This document shows, piece after piece, positions 16,856 to 20,000 of a stretch of DNA of 20,000 nt (within the stretch, counting starts at the first letter, position 1; the number at the start of each line of letters is the position of its first letter). The stretch spans positions 172,002 to 192,001 of the forward strand of contig CAXBME010000016.1 in assembly GCA_963976765.1 (NCBI GenBank), read 5' to 3'. The stretch comes from an uncultured Planctomycetaceae bacterium (GTDB lineage Bacteria; Planctomycetota; Planctomycetia; Planctomycetales; Planctomycetaceae). The translations under genes and the position numbers were made by a program. Under the pieces are notes generated by a model. The model had not been told where the DNA came from. It saw nothing but the letters and a program-made list of their open reading frames with translations, and ran no database searches.

Positions 16856-18937
16856 CTACGGACCAGACGGAAAGGCTTCGACAATCAGCGTCCCACCACC
16901 AGCAAACCGAAGTTCGCCTTTGGACTTCACAACCCATCGAATCACGTGTGAACCTCGCGGGAGTCGACGGCGACAGTTAACGCTCAGGCTGGAGTAGGTT
17001 TTCGCCGTTGAGGCACTCGCCAGTCGGACCGACGCCTGCCACATCGTTGGATTGGCAGAGCGATCGTTCGAAATCCCTGTCGACAACGCCACGCCATCCA
17101 TATCGGACATCACACTGGCACTGCCACGGACATGCACGTCGGACTCGCGTGAAAGTTGAATCGTTGTTTCCAGAAGAACCCCGTTTCCGTGAATTCGCCG
17201 ACTGCTTGAGTGTGAAAATTCCGCCGACGCGAGAACAGCACCGGCAACGGGAATCATCAATCCAGACGACGAAGCCGCTACCACTGAAGAGTCTGTCAGA
17301 GATGACGCGGAAGGTTTCCCCGCGGAATCCACCTCTGCTTCTGCGCCTGACACGGTTTCTGCGTCTGCCCCGGCTTCTGCGATCTGGTCCACACCGGGTT
17401 TCGAAGCGTCTGATTCTTCTTCGACGTCGTAGCGAAACGTCATCAACTCACCGGACTCAGAAATCTCGCTGATTCTGTGCAGCACCTGGCGAACTCGCTG
17501 ATCGACGCGGTACGGCCGCAGTCCGTGCGGTTCAAGAGAGCTGACTCTGTTGACGCCACCGGCTCGAAACAGATCCTCTTCGTCACCGAAACTCCTGCCG
17601 CGTTCGAGATCGAATCGACCGTCGGCCTGCACCAGCGCCACCTTGTAATGAACGCCATTTTCGGGCCAGCCCGGCACATCCGGATGACCGGGCTCATGAT
17701 TACTCTCCTTGTTCTCGTCGATATGCCAGATCGCCAGGCCTCCCTTCCCTCCTGGCAGGTGGCGATCGAACCCAACTGGCTGGCGATTCTCGATCAGCAG
17801 ATATTCGTTCTCCGGAAATCCCTGCTGAATCTTGTAAACGTCGGGGTAATTTTCAATCTGTCGGATCGTGTACGTGCCAGAGGCAGTCAGTTCTTTAACT
17901 TTGAGCCACCCTAACTTGACCTTTGCCCATGGACTGAAATGAGACGGAGTGTGACCATCTTTTTTGAAGCCTTCTGAAAATCCCAGCAGGCCCCAGGAAC
18001 CGATCCCCGTGCCTCGATTGCTCGGGTCATAAAGATCCGGAAGCCCTCCCAGATGTGCCACTTCATGAGCCAGCAGACCTATCCGACAAGGCGCTGCCCC
18101 GCTTAATCCTCGGAGACCAGCCGACATCGAATAGTCACTGACGCGAATGTGTGACTTTCGAGAAGTCCAGAAAGGGATCCGGTACTGGTGCGACCAGATG
18201 CGTTCCTTATGTGGAATGCCATCCACATCCGAACCGCCAAACTCAGCACCAAAACCCGAGTGGAGCACGCTGAAAAGATCAACATACCCATCTCCGTTGC
18301 GGTCGAAGTCGCGAAAGTCGACCAGCTGTTTCTGGTCGACATAATCCAGAGCGTAGCGAATCCCTTCGGCAATGCGTGTGAAGTCACCGGAGTTGCCATT
18401 CGCGTAGTATTGCTCGGTCTCGGGCAAATCGATCCACTCCACAAGGTGAGTAATGATCGACATTTTTTTGTAGGACACTTCCCTGCTGTAGTCATAGGCG
18501 CTGCCACTCTGCGCGTACTCAGGGTGCCCGTCTGGCTTGTTGAAGACAATCTCGTATGTTTCTTTCAGAGGCAGTTTCCGGTTCTCGTGCCCCTTGAATC
18601 TCAACAACAGAACCAGCTTTTTGATCTCGCCCGACGGATCAACAATGCGGCTCCCTGGCGGAGACGGGGGAATCGGAGCCCGGTTCGGAGGAGCCCGATG
18701 CAACTGCCCGGGCAACACACGAAAATGGACATGCTCACCGTGTCCATGCTCGGCTTCGTCATCGTGTTCATGATCGTGGCTGCCAGCCGCTGCCGCACGC
18801 AAAGGCCGACCGACTTCCGAAAGCAACGCATTGATCTCAGCTTCGAAATCGTCGTCGCCTGCAAAGAGAACTGACGATCGCCCCAGCCCCGTGACAAGAA
18901 CCAGGATCAGCAAACGATGTAACAATCCATCTTTCAT
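16856..18937 (-). CDS. Secreted M6-family (immune inhibitor A-like) zinc metalloprotease with His-rich pro-region, acidic/Ser linker and ~120-aa C-terminal domain
   Basis: Signal peptide; FDRNGDGYVD Ca loop, HSGFGAE, IWSH, zinc motif HEVAHLGGLPDLYD, PWAKVKLGW, EYLLIENRQ...FD, GLAIWHID, QADG..DLE, all typical of M6 domains. Confidence 0.9.
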   Translation of the reverse strand: MKDGLLHRLLILVLVTGLGRSSVLFAGDDDFEAEINALLSEVGRPLRAAAAGSHDHEHDDEAEHGHGEHVHFRVLPGQLHRAPPNRAPIPPSPPGSRIVDPSGEIKKLVLLLRFKGHENRKLPLKETYEIVFNKPDGHPEYAQSGSAYDYSREVSYKKMSIITHLVEWIDLPETEQYYANGNSGDFTRIAEGIRYALDYVDQKQLVDFRDFDRNGDGYVDLFSVLHSGFGAEFGGSDVDGIPHKERIWSHQYRIPFWTSRKSHIRVSDYSMSAGLRGLSGAAPCRIGLLAHEVAHLGGLPDLYDPSNRGTGIGSWGLLGFSEGFKKDGHTPSHFSPWAKVKLGWLKVKELTASGTYTIRQIENYPDVYKIQQGFPENEYLLIENRQPVGFDRHLPGGKGGLAIWHIDENKESNHEPGHPDVPGWPENGVHYKVALVQADGRFDLERGRSFGDEEDLFRAGGVNRVSSLEPHGLRPYRVDQRVRQVLHRISEISESGELMTFRYDVEEESDASKPGVDQIAEAGADAETVSGAEAEVDSAGKPSASSLTDSSVVAASSSGLMIPVAGAVLASAEFSHSSSRRIHGNGVLLETTIQLSRESDVHVRGSASVMSDMDGVALSTGISNDRSANPTMWQASVRLASASTAKTYSSLSVNCRRRLPRGSHVIRWVVKSKGELRFAGGGTLIVEAFPSGP

Positions 18938-19009
18938 CGCGCAACTCCCGAATTTCAGACGTTAGCCCACGCAGCACGCGACCGGATCCTTATCTGGTGA
19001 CAGGGCGTA

Positions 19010-19744
19010 CTACTTCGTCGTGTCCTTCAGCAGGTCCGTGAAGTCATCAGCTGCGGGAGTCGGTGCAGGCTGCTCACTCCTCGTTTCGTCAAGCATCTCG
19101 TCTACTTCCTCCTCTGAACCGCCGCTCGACGGAGTACGGGATGACTTTTCAAGTTTCGCAAGCAAAGCGTCGAGTGTCCTGATCCGGTCTTCCACGCGTT
19201 GAAGGCTTTTCGGCGAGCAGCATGCAGTCGCCGTGCTCTGAACTTTTGCCGACGATGACCGGCAGTTTTCGCTCGCGATGCGATTCGCATAAAATGTCGC
19301 GATGCCCGGAGAAGCGACCGCAAAGGACGGCGCAGCCAGAACCTGAGGTGCACTGAAAGTAACGGTCGACGGAAGAGCGACTGAGGTTGAAACATCGACC
19401 GTCGGCACGAAACCAAACGGGCGGACAGACGACGCAAAGCCAACCGAGTTGTTCACACACTGAGTTCCAACCGGAATCGAAGTTGCCCCGAAGGTCGACA
19501 TCGAATTCAGCGACGACACTGGAGCAACTCCCGTTGCCACGACTCGCGAAGAAAGCAATCGAGCTGCCACCGGAATCGTTTTTGTCGTGACAATCTCTGA
19601 CTGAAGTGTGAAGTGCCCGGCACTCGTCGAAGCAACCCCGGCCGAAGAAACACAGTTTCCGAAGGCATCAACAGTTTGAGCCAGCGCCGAGTGGCTGACA
19701 GAAGCCAATCCCCAAACGACCACAATGATTGTTTTCAGTCGCAT
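19010..19744 (-). CDS. Secreted hypothetical protein: signal peptide, S/T/V/A-rich low-charge region, Cys cluster, short coiled coil, acidic tail
   Basis: GGAGG SD and ATG 19744; MRLKTIIVVVWGLASVSHSALA|Q; 5 Cys; heptads LQRVEDRIRTLDALLAKLEK; tail EEEVDEMLDE...DDFTDLLKD. Confidence 0.8.
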   Translation of the reverse strand: MRLKTIIVVVWGLASVSHSALAQTVDAFGNCVSSAGVASTSAGHFTLQSEIVTTKTIPVAARLLSSRVVATGVAPVSSLNSMSTFGATSIPVGTQCVNNSVGFASSVRPFGFVPTVDVSTSVALPSTVTFSAPQVLAAPSFAVASPGIATFYANRIASENCRSSSAKVQSTATACCSPKSLQRVEDRIRTLDALLAKLEKSSRTPSSGGSEEEVDEMLDETRSEQPAPTPAADDFTDLLKDTTK

Positions 19745-19868
19745 CTCTGAATTCCTCCGTTGTCGGTTCAGAGCCAATTGAGTGGTTCAAAGATTTCGAA
19801 CCAGCAACCAAGGCTCCCCAATCGAAGTCGAAGCAGAATGAGTCAGCAGACAAAGTCTGCTGCATGAC

Positions 19869-19896
19869 AAGATAGGAAACATAGGAGTTATGTCAA
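19869..19896 (-). promoter_or_regulatory. Putative sigma70-type promoter for the secreted protein-M6-S8 operon
   Basis: Minus strand TTGACA-N16-TATCTT within the most AT-rich stretch of the window, ~125 nt upstream of ATG 19744. Confidence 0.6.
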
Positions 19897-20000
19897 TTAT
19901 ACACATCATGACAGTTAGGGTGTTTTGAATAAAAATACAGGTTTGACTAGGTCGTGTTGACAATCACTTCAGAAGGTTGATGACGGCAGCGAAGCTCCAG

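Noticed and set aside
12954..19744. RiPP/bacteriocin cluster reading (Ser/Thr/Cys-rich precursors plus S8 protease)
   Set aside because: No modifying enzymes (LanM/LanBC, YcaO, radical SAM) or ABC exporter in the window, and the candidates are >200 aa with Sec-type signal peptides.

Overview
Coding-dense bacterial chromosomal window with no rRNA, tRNA, CRISPR array or transposase. The gene content (Hanks-type kinase, YrdC-phosphatase fusion, OB-fold-like sensor kinase, secreted orphans) suggests a Planctomycetota genome; this is an inference. 1-12841: a YrdC/Sua5-like + LMW phosphatase fusion missed by the ORF track (runs off the left edge), a CPBP/Abi membrane protease, a Ser/Thr kinase with a Zn-ribbon and YbjN-like tail, a Ca2+/Na+ antiporter, a GTAG-type REP doublet, a LarA-family racemase/epimerase, a stand-alone receiver plus FixL-type histidine kinase, an FAD oxidoreductase and a beta-helix protein. 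12860-19900 is the most interesting part: five genes for exported proteins. An apparent three-gene minus-strand operon (promoter-like site ~19869-19896, terminator-like hairpin ~14634-14672) encodes a secreted low-complexity coiled-coil protein, an M6 (InhA-like) metalloprotease and an S8 subtilase. The two unrelated proteases end in the same ~120-aa domain, which I do not recognise. A tandem OB-fold-like protein follows, and a convergent second low-complexity coiled-coil protein has the mirror-image layout of the first. This may be an undescribed protease-coupled extracellular fibre/matrix system (hypothesis).
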